A stretch of DNA of 32,000 bases from Planctomycetales bacterium (GCA_022646745.1 CP060262.1:780001-812000); one strand, 5' to 3'; shown: positions 7,057 to 14,846, numbered from the stretch's first letter. Numbers and translations: made by a program. Notes: a model not told the origin generated them from the sequence alone.

Positions 7057-7572
7057 ATGAATTCCGGCGACCGGCAGATGCAGTTCGAGGCTCTGCTGAC
7101 AGCAGAGCTCTACCAGGCGGCCTGGGCCTACAGCTGCCGGCTTTGTGCGAACCCGCAAAGCGCCGAAGACCTGCTGCAGGAGGCACTGATTGTCGCGTTC
7201 ACCCGGTTCCACCAGTTGCGGGACAGGCAGACCTTCAAGGGCTGGCTGTTCTCCATCGTCCGCACCAAGTACATTGACCAGCGCCGCCGCCACATCAGCC
7301 GGCCGGCAACCCTGGAACTGCCTGTGCTCAGTGCAACGGAGAAGCGCAACCGGGATGCCGAGGTCGTCAACTCAGCGCTTTCGCAATTGCCGGAGAACCA
7401 GAGTGAACTGCTGTGCCTGTATTACTACGAGGAACTCAGTGTGAAGGAAGTGGCGATTGTGCTGGGCACAAGCGAAAACACCGTCAAGCAGCGGCTGCTG
7501 CGTGCCCGGGCGGCATTACGGCGGCTGCTGACACCGATGATTGATGCGACCGATACTTCGGCCTTGTTCTAG
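7057..7572 (+). CDS. ECF-type RNA polymerase sigma-70 family factor
   Basis: Region 2 is EDLLQEALIVAFTRFHQLRDRQTFKGWLFSIVRTKYIDQRRR. Region 4 is LPENQSELLCLYYYEELSVKEVAIVLGTSENTVKQRLLRARAALRRLL. The start is uncertain: ATG at 7057 or ATG at 7078. Confidence 0.88.
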   Translation: MNSGDRQMQFEALLTAELYQAAWAYSCRLCANPQSAEDLLQEALIVAFTRFHQLRDRQTFKGWLFSIVRTKYIDQRRRHISRPATLELPVLSATEKRNRDAEVVNSALSQLPENQSELLCLYYYEELSVKEVAIVLGTSENTVKQRLLRARAALRRLLTPMIDATDTSALF

Positions 7573-7581
7573 GGGAAAGAT

Positions 7582-8529
7582 GTGAGTCTCCATGAAAGGA
7601 TCATGCAGGACCGGATCAGCTCCGAGGAGCAGCTCAGCAGCGCGGAGCGCAGCCAGCTGGCTGCCGATCCCTCACTACGCAGCCTGATGGAGGAGAACCG
7701 GCTGCTGGAGCAGGCCCGGCCACGGGTCTGGCAGGCCCCGCAGCGCAGCCAGATGCTGCGCAATGTCTACCAGAAGTCGGCGCATGGCAAGGGAATCCTG
7801 TCGCTGTTCAGCATTAGCTTTGGCCCGCAGCGCCTGCGGGCCATCGCGGGCGGCGCTGCGATGCTGGTCATCCTTTTATCCGTCGGCCTGTACCTGCAGC
7901 AGTATTCCTCTCGCTGGCAACGCAGTGACGGATTCGAGATCAGCTACCGCCTGCAGCCTGATCCGGGCAGCGACCTGCAGTACTTCAGCAATCAGCTGGC
8001 CGGAGAGGCAAGCGCCATCGGTGAGTCCCACTTCGGCCGCGGCAGCGTGGAGCTGCTGGCACTGGAACCGGGGAATGACGGCATGGTGACCGCGGTACTG
8101 CGCCTGCGCAATGTCAGCCCACCGGACCTTGTGCAGTTCGATGCCGAGTTCAGCGGCCAGCGCAAGGTGGAGCGCACCGGTGTACGCCAGTCCAGCTGGT
8201 ACAGCAACCCGCGCCAGCCTGGACAATTGTACGAAAGCAGGCTGGTCACGATCAACAGCGATGCCGCCCTGTTCCCGCAGCAGTTCAGCCTGAGCGAGGT
8301 GCGTGAGCTGGACCAGCTGCTGCAGCTGATGAACGGGGAGGATGAGCTTTACATCCGTGGCATGAGCCTTGGCGACGGCAAGCGCTTCAGCCTCGGTGAG
8401 GTGGTCTCACTGGAGGTGGATGACGAAGGCAACCTGACAATCGAGGACAGTGCGGGCCAGCCAGCGGATGGCAGCAGCCCGCTTGAGTTCAGGGAAGTCG
8501 TATCAGGTGAGGAAGACGGAGCGGACTGA
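7582..8529 (+). CDS. Putative membrane-spanning anti-sigma factor (non-ZAS) with a periplasmic domain of about 200 aa
   Basis: It starts 10 nt after the sigma gene stop, at GTG 7582 preceded by AGGGGAAAG. It has one TM helix (AIAGGAAMLVILLSVGLYL) at about residue 95. No HxxxCxxC zinc motif is visible. The function is inferred from position only. Confidence 0.6.
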   Translation: MSLHERIMQDRISSEEQLSSAERSQLAADPSLRSLMEENRLLEQARPRVWQAPQRSQMLRNVYQKSAHGKGILSLFSISFGPQRLRAIAGGAAMLVILLSVGLYLQQYSSRWQRSDGFEISYRLQPDPGSDLQYFSNQLAGEASAIGESHFGRGSVELLALEPGNDGMVTAVLRLRNVSPPDLVQFDAEFSGQRKVERTGVRQSSWYSNPRQPGQLYESRLVTINSDAALFPQQFSLSEVRELDQLLQLMNGEDELYIRGMSLGDGKRFSLGEVVSLEVDDEGNLTIEDSAGQPADGSSPLEFREVVSGEEDGAD

Positions 8530-8742
8530 TCAGTTCCAGCCCGACGGGTCGTATGGTTCGCTTTCGTCCTTCTTGTTTGTCAGTGATGAGGAGCCGTCAT
8601 CACGGCCGTCGTCAATGATGGAGTTGTTCCAGCGGTTGATCCATGAATCCCGGTCCTGGTTGCCCCACCAGGGGGATACGAAGTAGTAGATTGCCGCAGC
8701 AATCAGGAGCAGCCCGATGAATTGTCCAATGGTGATCCGCAT
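8530..8742 (-). CDS. Small single-pass membrane protein, unknown function
   Basis: A 70-aa ORF, MRITIGQFIGLLLIAAAIYYFVSPWWGNQDRDSW..., with one TM helix, GC-rich third positions consistent with neighbouring genes, and GGGAA/GGAA upstream of the ATG. No recognisable motif. Confidence 0.45.
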   Translation of the reverse strand: MRITIGQFIGLLLIAAAIYYFVSPWWGNQDRDSWINRWNNSIIDDGRDDGSSSLTNKKDESEPYDPSGWN

Positions 8743-8857
8743 TTCCGACGTTCCCTACAGCTTGTTTGGTGAACCAATAGGATGGTAACCGCATGCCACG
8801 GAGCTGAATATCCTATCGGTCGGATTTGCCGTTACTTAACCTAAATATTACCGCAGG

Positions 8858-9655
8858 TCAGGATTCCTTGCCGGCCATACAGGCGCGCAACATCTGCGCC
8901 ATGCTGGCCGCTTCCAGCGATGCACCACCGATCAGCGCGCCATCTATATCCGGCTGGCTGAAATAGTCCGCGATGTTTGCCGGCTTGACGGATCCTCCGT
9001 ACAGCACAGGCATGGCCTCGGCCGCCTCCGCTGAGACGTGCTCACGGAACCAGCTGCGCACAAGTGCGGCCATTTCCTGGGCATCCTCGCGGCTGGCGTT
9101 CTCGCCGGTACCGATGGCCCAGATCGGTTCGTAGGCCAGCACCAGCTCACCCGGCTCGATGCCGGAGATGATGCCACGCTGGGCTTCGAGTTGCTGGCGG
9201 CAGTACTCCCCCGCCCGGCCGGAGCGGCGCGTCTCCAGGTCCTCGCCGATGCACAGGATCGGCACCAGGTCCTGCTCGATCGCCTGGCTGAGCCGCTGAG
9301 TGATGCTTTCCTCGCTGTCACCGAACAGGCCGCGTCGTTCGGAATGGCCGACGATCACATAGTCACAGCCGAGGTCCGCCACCATCTGCGCGCTGACCTC
9401 GCCGGTATAGGCTCCACCGCCCATGGTGCTCACGAGCTGGCTGCCGCTGAGCACGTGAGAATCCTCAAGCAGCGCACCCAGCAGCCCGAGGTAGCACAGC
9501 GGCGGGCAGACCAGCAGGTCAATCGGGGGCTCGGCTGAATCAGCGAAGTATTCGGGAAGTTCAGCGCGCAGCTCCTCGCAGTAATTCTCGATGTCCTGCC
9601 AGAGCAGGTTCTGCTTCCAGTTTGCGGCCAGGAGCGGCCGGCGGCTTGCTGCCAT
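8858..9655 (-). CDS. tpiA: Triosephosphate isomerase
   Basis: ATG at 9655 with an AAGGTGAG SD; the ORF-track 9661 is a GTG. Diagnostic motifs are LLAANWKQN, VIVGHSERR, ILCIGE, LAYEPIWAIGTG and VLYGGSVKPAN. Confidence 0.93.
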   Translation of the reverse strand: MAASRRPLLAANWKQNLLWQDIENYCEELRAELPEYFADSAEPPIDLLVCPPLCYLGLLGALLEDSHVLSGSQLVSTMGGGAYTGEVSAQMVADLGCDYVIVGHSERRGLFGDSEESITQRLSQAIEQDLVPILCIGEDLETRRSGRAGEYCRQQLEAQRGIISGIEPGELVLAYEPIWAIGTGENASREDAQEMAALVRSWFREHVSAEAAEAMPVLYGGSVKPANIADYFSQPDIDGALIGGASLEAASMAQMLRACMAGKES

Positions 9656-9657
9656 TT

Positions 9658-10158
9658 TCACTCACCTTGCCGGGAGCAGTCCTCAATTGCCTCGTCCCCG
9701 CCGGAACCACCCGGCCGGGCTGCGCCCCCATGGTCGTACCAGAACCGCATGATGTGGTCGCTGGCCTCAAGGTAGTGTAGCTCATCCACCTCCGGCCGCG
9801 GGAAATTGCGGATGTACATGCTGAACACCGGAGCAGCGCTGCAGCCTAGTTCCAGCAGGCGCGTTTGCAGGCGTCGCACGGTGCCCCCGCTCCAGCAGGA
9901 GGTATCGCAGATCAGCGGAGTGTGGAGCCTGCCAACCGGGATGTTGCCAACGTCACTGGCACAGAAGAAGGGCAGCTTCAGCTGGTGGCTGAGGAACACC
10001 GCAGGGAACAGGCCGCTGCGGATCACGCCGACGACGCAGTCGGGGCGGGGGTCCATCCCTTCGACGTAGCGCACCATGCGCCAAAGGAGCTGCGTGTACA
10101 GCTCCGCGCTGACGGCGTACTGCGCACCGGGACCGCCTGCCTGCCTGTCGGATGCCAC
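9658..10158 (-). CDS. Phosphoribosyltransferase-fold protein (Gpt-like layout) with a degenerate PRPP-binding motif
   Basis: GTG start at 10158. The order YAVSAELYTQLL ... VVGVIRSGLFPAVFLSHQLKL ... PLICDTSCWSGGTVRRL ... FWYD parallels E. coli Gpt (YIVTWDML ... [21 protein letters not shown] ... FIVIDDLVDTGGT ... QPWD). The acidic DD..D of the PRPP loop is largely replaced. The stop TGA lies 2 nt before the tpiA ATG. Confidence 0.65.
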   Translation of the reverse strand: MASDRQAGGPGAQYAVSAELYTQLLWRMVRYVEGMDPRPDCVVGVIRSGLFPAVFLSHQLKLPFFCASDVGNIPVGRLHTPLICDTSCWSGGTVRRLQTRLLELGCSAAPVFSMYIRNFPRPEVDELHYLEASDHIMRFWYDHGGAARPGGSGGDEAIEDCSRQGE

Positions 10159-10179
10159 GCGCAGATGATATCAGGCGCG

Positions 10180-11007
10180 CTACAGTTCCCGGTTGACAAC
10201 GCGCAGCGCGCGGCCGACGATCTCGACCTTCTCGCCGCTGCGTTCGACCAGCAGGGTCGAATGGGCGTAGTCAGAATTGGCAGGGGACAGCGCCAGCATC
10301 CCCTCGACCTCCATGTAGCTGCGCAGCTTGATCTGGTTGCGGTCGTTGATCGCCACCATGCAGCCGTTCACGGGCTTGCTGGATGGGCTGATCACCACCC
10401 AGTCCCCGGCATTGACGATCGGCGCCATCGCGTTGTCATCCACACTGAGCACGAAGGCATCGGTGTCGTCGTTGCAGAAGGCCGCGGGCAGGTGGAAGCC
10501 CGCCTGCTCTCCGGCGATGTTCGTCAGCGGCTGCCAGTTGGATTCATACACCGGCAGGTTCATCTCACTCGACAGTTCGTCGTTGCCTGCACTATGGGTG
10601 AACTGCGCCGCCGGCAGGCTGGAGATCTGGCCGCGCTGGCGGATCTGGCTCGTGATGTATTCAAGGTTGCTGATGCCGCGGCGCAGCATGTCCATCAGTT
10701 CTGTGCCGTCACTGACCTCGACCAGCGGGTCGGCCTCGAAGCTGCTCAGTCCGCTGCCGCTTTCCACTTCGCTGACCGCCGGGGCAATCGACTGCACGAT
10801 GCCTGCCTTGCGCAGCAGGTGGATCTCCGGCACGTTGTAGGCCCGTGCCAGCTTGGCCAGTGTCTTGGCGGAGGGGGTGTAGATCCCGTTCTCGATCTGG
10901 CTGATGTAGCCCTGGGTGATCCCCGTGACGCCCGCAGTCTGCGTCATCGTCATGTTGTTCTTGATACGCAGGAGCTTGATGTAGTTTCCCAGTTCGTTTC
11001 CACGCAT
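10180..11007 (-). CDS. XRE-family HTH transcriptional regulator fused to a LexA/CI-type S24-like C-terminal domain lacking the nucleophile Ser
   Basis: The start is the internal ATG at 11007 with a GAAGGGG SD 6 nt upstream. The HTH is LGNYIKLLRIKNNMTMTQTAGVTGITQGYISQIENGIYTPSAKTLAKLARAYNV. The C-terminus VLSVDDNAMAPIVNAGDWVVISP ... VAINDRNQIKLRSY aligns with the S24 pattern V.GDSM.P.i..GD.v.v ... KR, but has Ala where the catalytic Ser sits. Confidence 0.8.
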   Translation of the reverse strand: MRGNELGNYIKLLRIKNNMTMTQTAGVTGITQGYISQIENGIYTPSAKTLAKLARAYNVPEIHLLRKAGIVQSIAPAVSEVESGSGLSSFEADPLVEVSDGTELMDMLRRGISNLEYITSQIRQRGQISSLPAAQFTHSAGNDELSSEMNLPVYESNWQPLTNIAGEQAGFHLPAAFCNDDTDAFVLSVDDNAMAPIVNAGDWVVISPSSKPVNGCMVAINDRNQIKLRSYMEVEGMLALSPANSDYAHSTLLVERSGEKVEIVGRALRVVNREL

Positions 11008-11171
11008 GTTAAACCCCTTCAGGCCAATAAAACGGACAAGATAAGAAAATGAAATCTCTACTGACGGACCGATATTGGTTTTTATTAGCCAATCAGAATA
11101 TACAGGATATCGGCAGGCCTGATCGGACATAAAGGAGCAAATAGAAGGCTAAACCGGGATTTAACCAATTT

Positions 11172-12338
11172 TCAGGAGCGGGGTTCCAGCAGCATCAGCA
11201 CGTCGTCATCCAGCCTTGCACTGTCCAGCAGGTGGAAGCGCTGGGCATCGTCAACGGACTGCAGCGCGAACGAGGGAGCAAATGACATCGCATCAGCACC
11301 GAGCAGCACTGGCGTATGGACCAGCGCCAGCTGCTGCAGCGCGCCCTGCCCAAGCAGGCTGGCTGCGACGGATGCCCCGCCCTCCACCAGCAGGCTAAAG
11401 GTACCGCGTTGCCACAATTCGGCCGCCAGCTCATGGAAGTCGATCCTGCCAGACATGCCGATTAGGGGCAGCAATTCAGCAGAACCCTGCCAGCCGGACG
11501 GTGCATGTTGCTGCAGTCCGGCAACGATCAGCCGCGGCCGGCCCTCGCGGAACTCCCCGGACAGATCACTCACCGCATAGCGATCCAGATCAGTCAGCAG
11601 TTCGAAACGCGGATCCAGCAGCACCCTGGTAGGATGGCGCAGTTGAACGCTCTCCATATCCGCCAGGTACTCAGCCAGCACATCCCGGCGCGTTGTCAAC
11701 TTCGGGTTGTCGGCACGAACCGTGCCGCTGCCGACGAGGATCGCGTCATGCTTCTGGCGCAGGAAGTGCGCATAGCCGTGGCTGCGCCGCCCGCTGAGCC
11801 ACTGGCTGTGCCCATTCGCGCAGGCGATCCGCCCGTCCAGCGAACTGGCCAGCTTGAGGCAGGTGAAGCAGGACTGCCGTTCCTTGTTGTGGATGAAGTA
11901 ATCGAGCTGCAGCCGTGCCTCATCCGCCAAGAGGCCGCTCTGGACTTCGATGCCGGCAGCCCTGAGCAGGCCACTGGCCTGGCCGTGGCTGCGCGGATCC
12001 GGGTCGTCAAAGGCGAACAGCACGCGTGAAACACCAGCTTCAACCAGGGCGGTCGTGCAGCTGCGGGGCTGGCGGCCATGGTGCGAGCAGGGTTCCAGGC
12101 TGACATAGGCCACGGCCCCCCGGCTGTCGCCGGCGGCGGCCAGTGCTGCCACCTCCGCATGCGGTCCGCCATAGCTTGCATGCCAGCCCTCCCCGATCAG
12201 GTTGCCATCGCGCACCAGAACGCAGCCCACCAGTGGGTTGGGGCTGACCTGTCCCAGCCCGCGGCGGGCCAGCTGCAGCGCGCGGTACATCCAGTACTCG
12301 TCGCTGCCGGCGGGATGGGGGTTCGTGTCAGTGATCAT
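11172..12338 (-). CDS. ribD: Bifunctional riboflavin biosynthesis protein: diaminohydroxyphosphoribosylaminopyrimidine deaminase / 5-amino-6-(5-phosphoribosylamino)uracil reductase
   Basis: The deaminase motifs are PNPLVGCVLV, GGPHAEVAAL and LEPCSHHGRQP. The C-terminal reductase half contains ACANGHSQWLSG ... ILVGSGTVRADNPKLT ... LLVEGGASV. Confidence 0.92.
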   Translation of the reverse strand: MITDTNPHPAGSDEYWMYRALQLARRGLGQVSPNPLVGCVLVRDGNLIGEGWHASYGGPHAEVAALAAAGDSRGAVAYVSLEPCSHHGRQPRSCTTALVEAGVSRVLFAFDDPDPRSHGQASGLLRAAGIEVQSGLLADEARLQLDYFIHNKERQSCFTCLKLASSLDGRIACANGHSQWLSGRRSHGYAHFLRQKHDAILVGSGTVRADNPKLTTRRDVLAEYLADMESVQLRHPTRVLLDPRFELLTDLDRYAVSDLSGEFREGRPRLIVAGLQQHAPSGWQGSAELLPLIGMSGRIDFHELAAELWQRGTFSLLVEGGASVAASLLGQGALQQLALVHTPVLLGADAMSFAPSFALQSVDDAQRFHLLDSARLDDDVLMLLEPRS

Positions 12339-12808
12339 CAGGGATGCGCCAGATTAAGCCAATCCACGGCCTTTGTCCAGCTGCCATCTCCGCTGATTGA
12401 AAACTGGCGGGCCTCACAGGCAGCCAGGTCCAGCAGCCACTGGCCGGTGTCGTATTGCATCGGCATGCGGGCCTCGACCACCTGGCGGCCCCAGCTGGGG
12501 TCGTCAAAGCTGAAGACAACCTCAAGGGTGTAACTGCCATCGCCATGCTTCTCCATGCCGGTGATGCGGGTGCGCTGGAGGCTGCTGCCATGTCCCTTGA
12601 GCAGCGGTTCGATGAGCGAGCGTGCCATTCCGCGCTGGACGGGGATGATCCCGGCCTCAAGCCGGTTCATGTCCTCAGAGCGCACGGCGTCCCCGATTTG
12701 CAGCACCGCACTGCGCACGGCTCCGCGCGTCATCAGCGGCGGCAGCAGCAGGCCCAGCAGGCCGGCAAGCAGCACGAATGCGGCAAGGATCCAGACGGTA
12801 CGGTTCAC
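12338..12808 (-). CDS. Membrane-anchored hypothetical protein
   Basis: GTG start at 12808. There is an N-terminal TM or signal anchor (VWILAAFVLLAGLLGLLLPPL) followed by a soluble domain of about 125 aa. The stop overlaps the ribD ATG by 1 nt (TGATG), which implies co-transcription. Confidence 0.6.
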   Translation of the reverse strand: MNRTVWILAAFVLLAGLLGLLLPPLMTRGAVRSAVLQIGDAVRSEDMNRLEAGIIPVQRGMARSLIEPLLKGHGSSLQRTRITGMEKHGDGSYTLEVVFSFDDPSWGRQVVEARMPMQYDTGQWLLDLAACEARQFSISGDGSWTKAVDWLNLAHP

Positions 12809-12850
12809 GAGCTATGAAACCCCGCAGGCGGCGGCAGTATCGCAGTGGCC

Positions 12851-12883
12851 CAGAAAAGCAGAAGGCCCCGCCGCAGCGGGGCC
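12851..12883 (-). terminator. Rho-independent terminator after the poly-Gly secreted protein gene
   Basis: On the minus strand, GGCCCCGC TGCG GCGGGGCC (12864-12883) is followed by TTCTGCTTTTCTG. It begins 26 nt after the stop at 12909. Confidence 0.65.
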
Positions 12884-12908
12884 TCGGATGGTTCTGCTTT
12901 CGTAGGTC

Positions 12909-14219
12909 CTACTCAGCTTCAAGCTGGGCCAGGATGTTGAACACGATGTAGCGGCGCAGCTCCTTGGGCTCGATCTCCATCAGGCGCGGGCGGCCGGAGA
13001 TGTCAGTCACCTTGGTGTGATAGAAGAACTCCATCATCACGATCAGGCCCGGGAAGCGGACACCGAACACGCCGTCGAAGGGATAGGGAGCGCCGACGGG
13101 CTGGTCCACCGCGTTGGTGATGCTGTGGCGGTGGGGCGGCTTCTCGATGCCGAACACCACGCCGCGGTCAATGTCGAAGTAGTAACGGCTGGAGATGCCG
13201 ATGTTGCCCCAGCTCTTGAACTCGGTAAGCTCCTCGCTGGTGCGCTCCTCCCACTCCTTGTTCCACTCGGAAACACCGCTCATGTCAATGATCGCGAGGT
13301 TGCGGCCATTGATCTGGGTGTAGTCGATCAGCTTGTACATGAACTTGGTCATGATCGGCTCGTTCTCCGGCAGGCCGGGAACGTGGATCGGGAAGCTGTG
13401 GAACCAGATGTTGTCGTTGTAGACCGGGTAGTCCGGCAGGTACAGCAGGTGGGTCCACTCAAACACATGGGAGATGTTCAGGTCGATGTAGTTGCGGTCG
13501 GTATCGGCATCCGCAATCAGTCGGTTGCGGGAGACCTTGCGCAGCAGCTCGAGGCCGCCGACATCCAGCACCTCGCCCTGCTTGTTGCTGACGTATTCAA
13601 TATTGTTGACCGTGACGGAGTCAAGGTCGATTGAGTCGGACATGGAGCCGGCGAAACCGCCGCCATCATCTCCGCCACCGCCGTCACCACCGCCGCCGCC
13701 ACCGCCGCCGCCGCCCTGCATCGGGCCGCCCTTGCCGACGTTGGAAGGATCTGCGGGGGGAAGGTTCAGGTTCTTGATGAAGTCGTCACCGATGCCCATC
13801 GCACCACCGCCGCCGCCGTCTCCACCGGAGCCGCCGCCGTCGAGGTTGAAGTTGCTCCAGGAGTCATCACCGAAGCGCGGGTCGGTGCGGTCACGGCCGA
13901 GGAGCGAATCCAGGGCGCGCACGCGATAGGTGTAGAAGTTGATCCGGTTGCGGTTCAGGCCCGGACCGCTGTAGTTCACGACATCCTCGTAGACCGAGCC
14001 GATCGCGAACTCACCCCAGACGATCTCATCCTTGAAGCCGGGCGAGACCTGCTCACCGTTCATGATGAGCTGGAGCATGTAGCGGGTCTTGAGATCCTCC
14101 TCCGGGTTGAAGCGAAGAAGCTGTGCTTCCTCGATCTTGGCCTCGGCGGTGGAAAACGAGCCTGCCAGGGCAAACAAGGCCATGGCAACCATGCATAACT
14201 TCTTAAAAGCGTTGTTCAT
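12909..14219 (-). CDS. Secreted protein of unknown function with two poly-Gly/Asp low-complexity inserts
   Basis: The start is placed at ATG 14219 (MNNAFKKLCMVAMALFALAGSFSTAEA, a clear signal peptide, with an AAGGGTGG SD upstream). The ORF-track extension to 14360 reads through a tRNA gene and is rejected. The protein contains GGGSGGDGGGGGAMG and GGPMQGGGGGGGGGGDGGGGDDGGG between otherwise ordinary beta-rich sequence. Confidence 0.75.
   Translation of the reverse strand: MNNAFKKLCMVAMALFALAGSFSTAEAKIEEAQLLRFNPEEDLKTRYMLQLIMNGEQVSPGFKDEIVWGEFAIGSVYEDVVNYSGPGLNRNRINFYTYRVRALDSLLGRDRTDPRFGDDSWSNFNLDGGGSGGDGGGGGAMGIGDDFIKNLNLPPADPSNVGKGGPMQGGGGGGGGGGDGGGGDDGGGFAGSMSDSIDLDSVTVNNIEYVSNKQGEVLDVGGLELLRKVSRNRLIADADTDRNYIDLNISHVFEWTHLLYLPDYPVYNDNIWFHSFPIHVPGLPENEPIMTKFMYKLIDYTQINGRNLAIIDMSGVSEWNKEWEERTSEELTEFKSWGNIGISSRYYFDIDRGVVFGIEKPPHRHSITNAVDQPVGAPYPFDGVFGVRFPGLIVMMEFFYHTKVTDISGRPRLMEIEPKELRRYIVFNILAQLEAE
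13650..13716. repeat. Simple-sequence (GGN)n / (NCC)n tract encoding poly-Gly; a second shorter tract lies at about 13801-13840
   Basis: Direct reading gives gaaaccgccgccatcatctccgccaccgccgtcaccaccgccgccgccaccgccgccgccgcc. It also creates the antisense poly-Pro ORF 13492-13929. Confidence 0.8.
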
Positions 14220-14302
14220 ACAAACCACCCTTGGCATTCCCCGGTAGTCCAGTTCATTATGACTGCCGGAACGGTGATCGGTTGCAGTGAATTGAAAAAA
14301 AC

Positions 14303-14374
14303 TGGAGCTGAGGGGATTCGAACCCCTGACCCTCTGTCTGCCAGACAGATGCGCTACCACTGCGCCACAGCCCC
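14303..14374 (-). tRNA. tRNA-Ala (anticodon GGC), CCA not encoded
   Basis: The reverse complement folds as GGGGCTG TG GCGC AGTGGTA GCGC A TCTGT CTGGCAG ACAGA GGGTC AGGGG TTCGAAT CCCCT CAGCTCC A. The G3:U70 pair is present and the anticodon loop is C-U-GGC-A-G. The next bases are GTT, so CCA must be added after transcription. Confidence 0.9.
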
Positions 14375-14377
14375 GAC

Positions 14378-14770
14378 TCAGTTCATCTCAACCTCTCTGC
14401 CTGCCGCCCATAGGTCCTCCAGCCTGTAGAACTCCCTCAGTGCCGGAGTGAACAAATGGACGGTCAGAACGCCGAAATCGGCAAGTATCCACTCGCCGTT
14501 TTCATAACCGTTTAGGCCGTCCGGCATTATATCATACCTGGCCATTTCCTCAATCACGTAGTCCATGATGGCACGGTTGTGCAGCGCCGTCAGGCCGTTC
14601 GCGATCACGATGTAATCGAGGTAGTCGACCTGCTCGGAAACGTCGATAATCACGGGACGCTCACCCTTGCGCATGTCAATCGTGTCATGGATCCTGCGCA
14701 GGACTTCATCCATGCTCGGATCATCATCAGGATCCGTGACCTGCGGGCTTTTCTTCGGAATCTTGACCAT
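14378..14770 (-). CDS. rsfS: Ribosome silencing factor RsfS (Iojap family)
   Basis: The start is placed at the internal ATG 14770, because the longer ORF would overlap the upstream gene by 41 nt. DYLDYIVIANGLTALHNRAIMDYVIEEM ... GEWILADFGVLTVHLFTPALREFYRLEDLW matches the RsfS hallmark W.L.D.G...VH.F....R..Y.LE.LW. Confidence 0.88.
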   Translation of the reverse strand: MVKIPKKSPQVTDPDDDPSMDEVLRRIHDTIDMRKGERPVIIDVSEQVDYLDYIVIANGLTALHNRAIMDYVIEEMARYDIMPDGLNGYENGEWILADFGVLTVHLFTPALREFYRLEDLWAAGREVEMN

Positions 14771-14846
14771 ATATGTACGGTAGACCTCTTGGCCGAATCC
14801 GGCCGGGATTGATTCTAGCTGAAGGAGGCGGGAGCCGGTAGGCTGC

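Noticed and set aside
6726-7293. Minus-strand ORFs (85, 147 and 140 aa) and candidate ECF promoters GGAAC at 6894, 6911 and 7025
   Set aside because: The ORFs are Arg/Pro/Gly/Ala-rich and overlap the sigma gene or the spacer. The GGAAC motifs lack a CGT-type -10 element at 16-17 nt: the spacings are 23 and 7 nt, and the third is followed by TTAGAC only 5 nt before the ATG. No promoter call is made.
8530-8742. Possibility that the small membrane protein downstream of tpiA is SecG
   Set aside because: It has only one hydrophobic helix and none of the Gly-rich second half typical of SecG. It is left as hypothetical.
9865-11052. 395-aa plus-strand ORF
   Set aside because: It is antisense to the PRT-like and XRE/S24-like genes. 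It has no start context and a low-complexity Ala/Arg/His/Val composition.
12339-12808. Expected FMN (RFN) riboswitch upstream of ribD
   Set aside because: ribD overlaps the stop codon of the upstream gene by 1 nt, so there is no leader in which a riboswitch could sit.
13492-13929. 145-aa plus-strand ORF with a poly-Pro run
   Set aside because: It is the antisense of the poly-Gly tract; (GGN)n read backwards gives (NCC)n.
14220-14360. N-terminal extension of ORF 12909-14360
   Set aside because: The extension is the reverse read-through of tRNA-Ala(GGC) (14303-14374). A proper SD and signal peptide start at ATG 14219.
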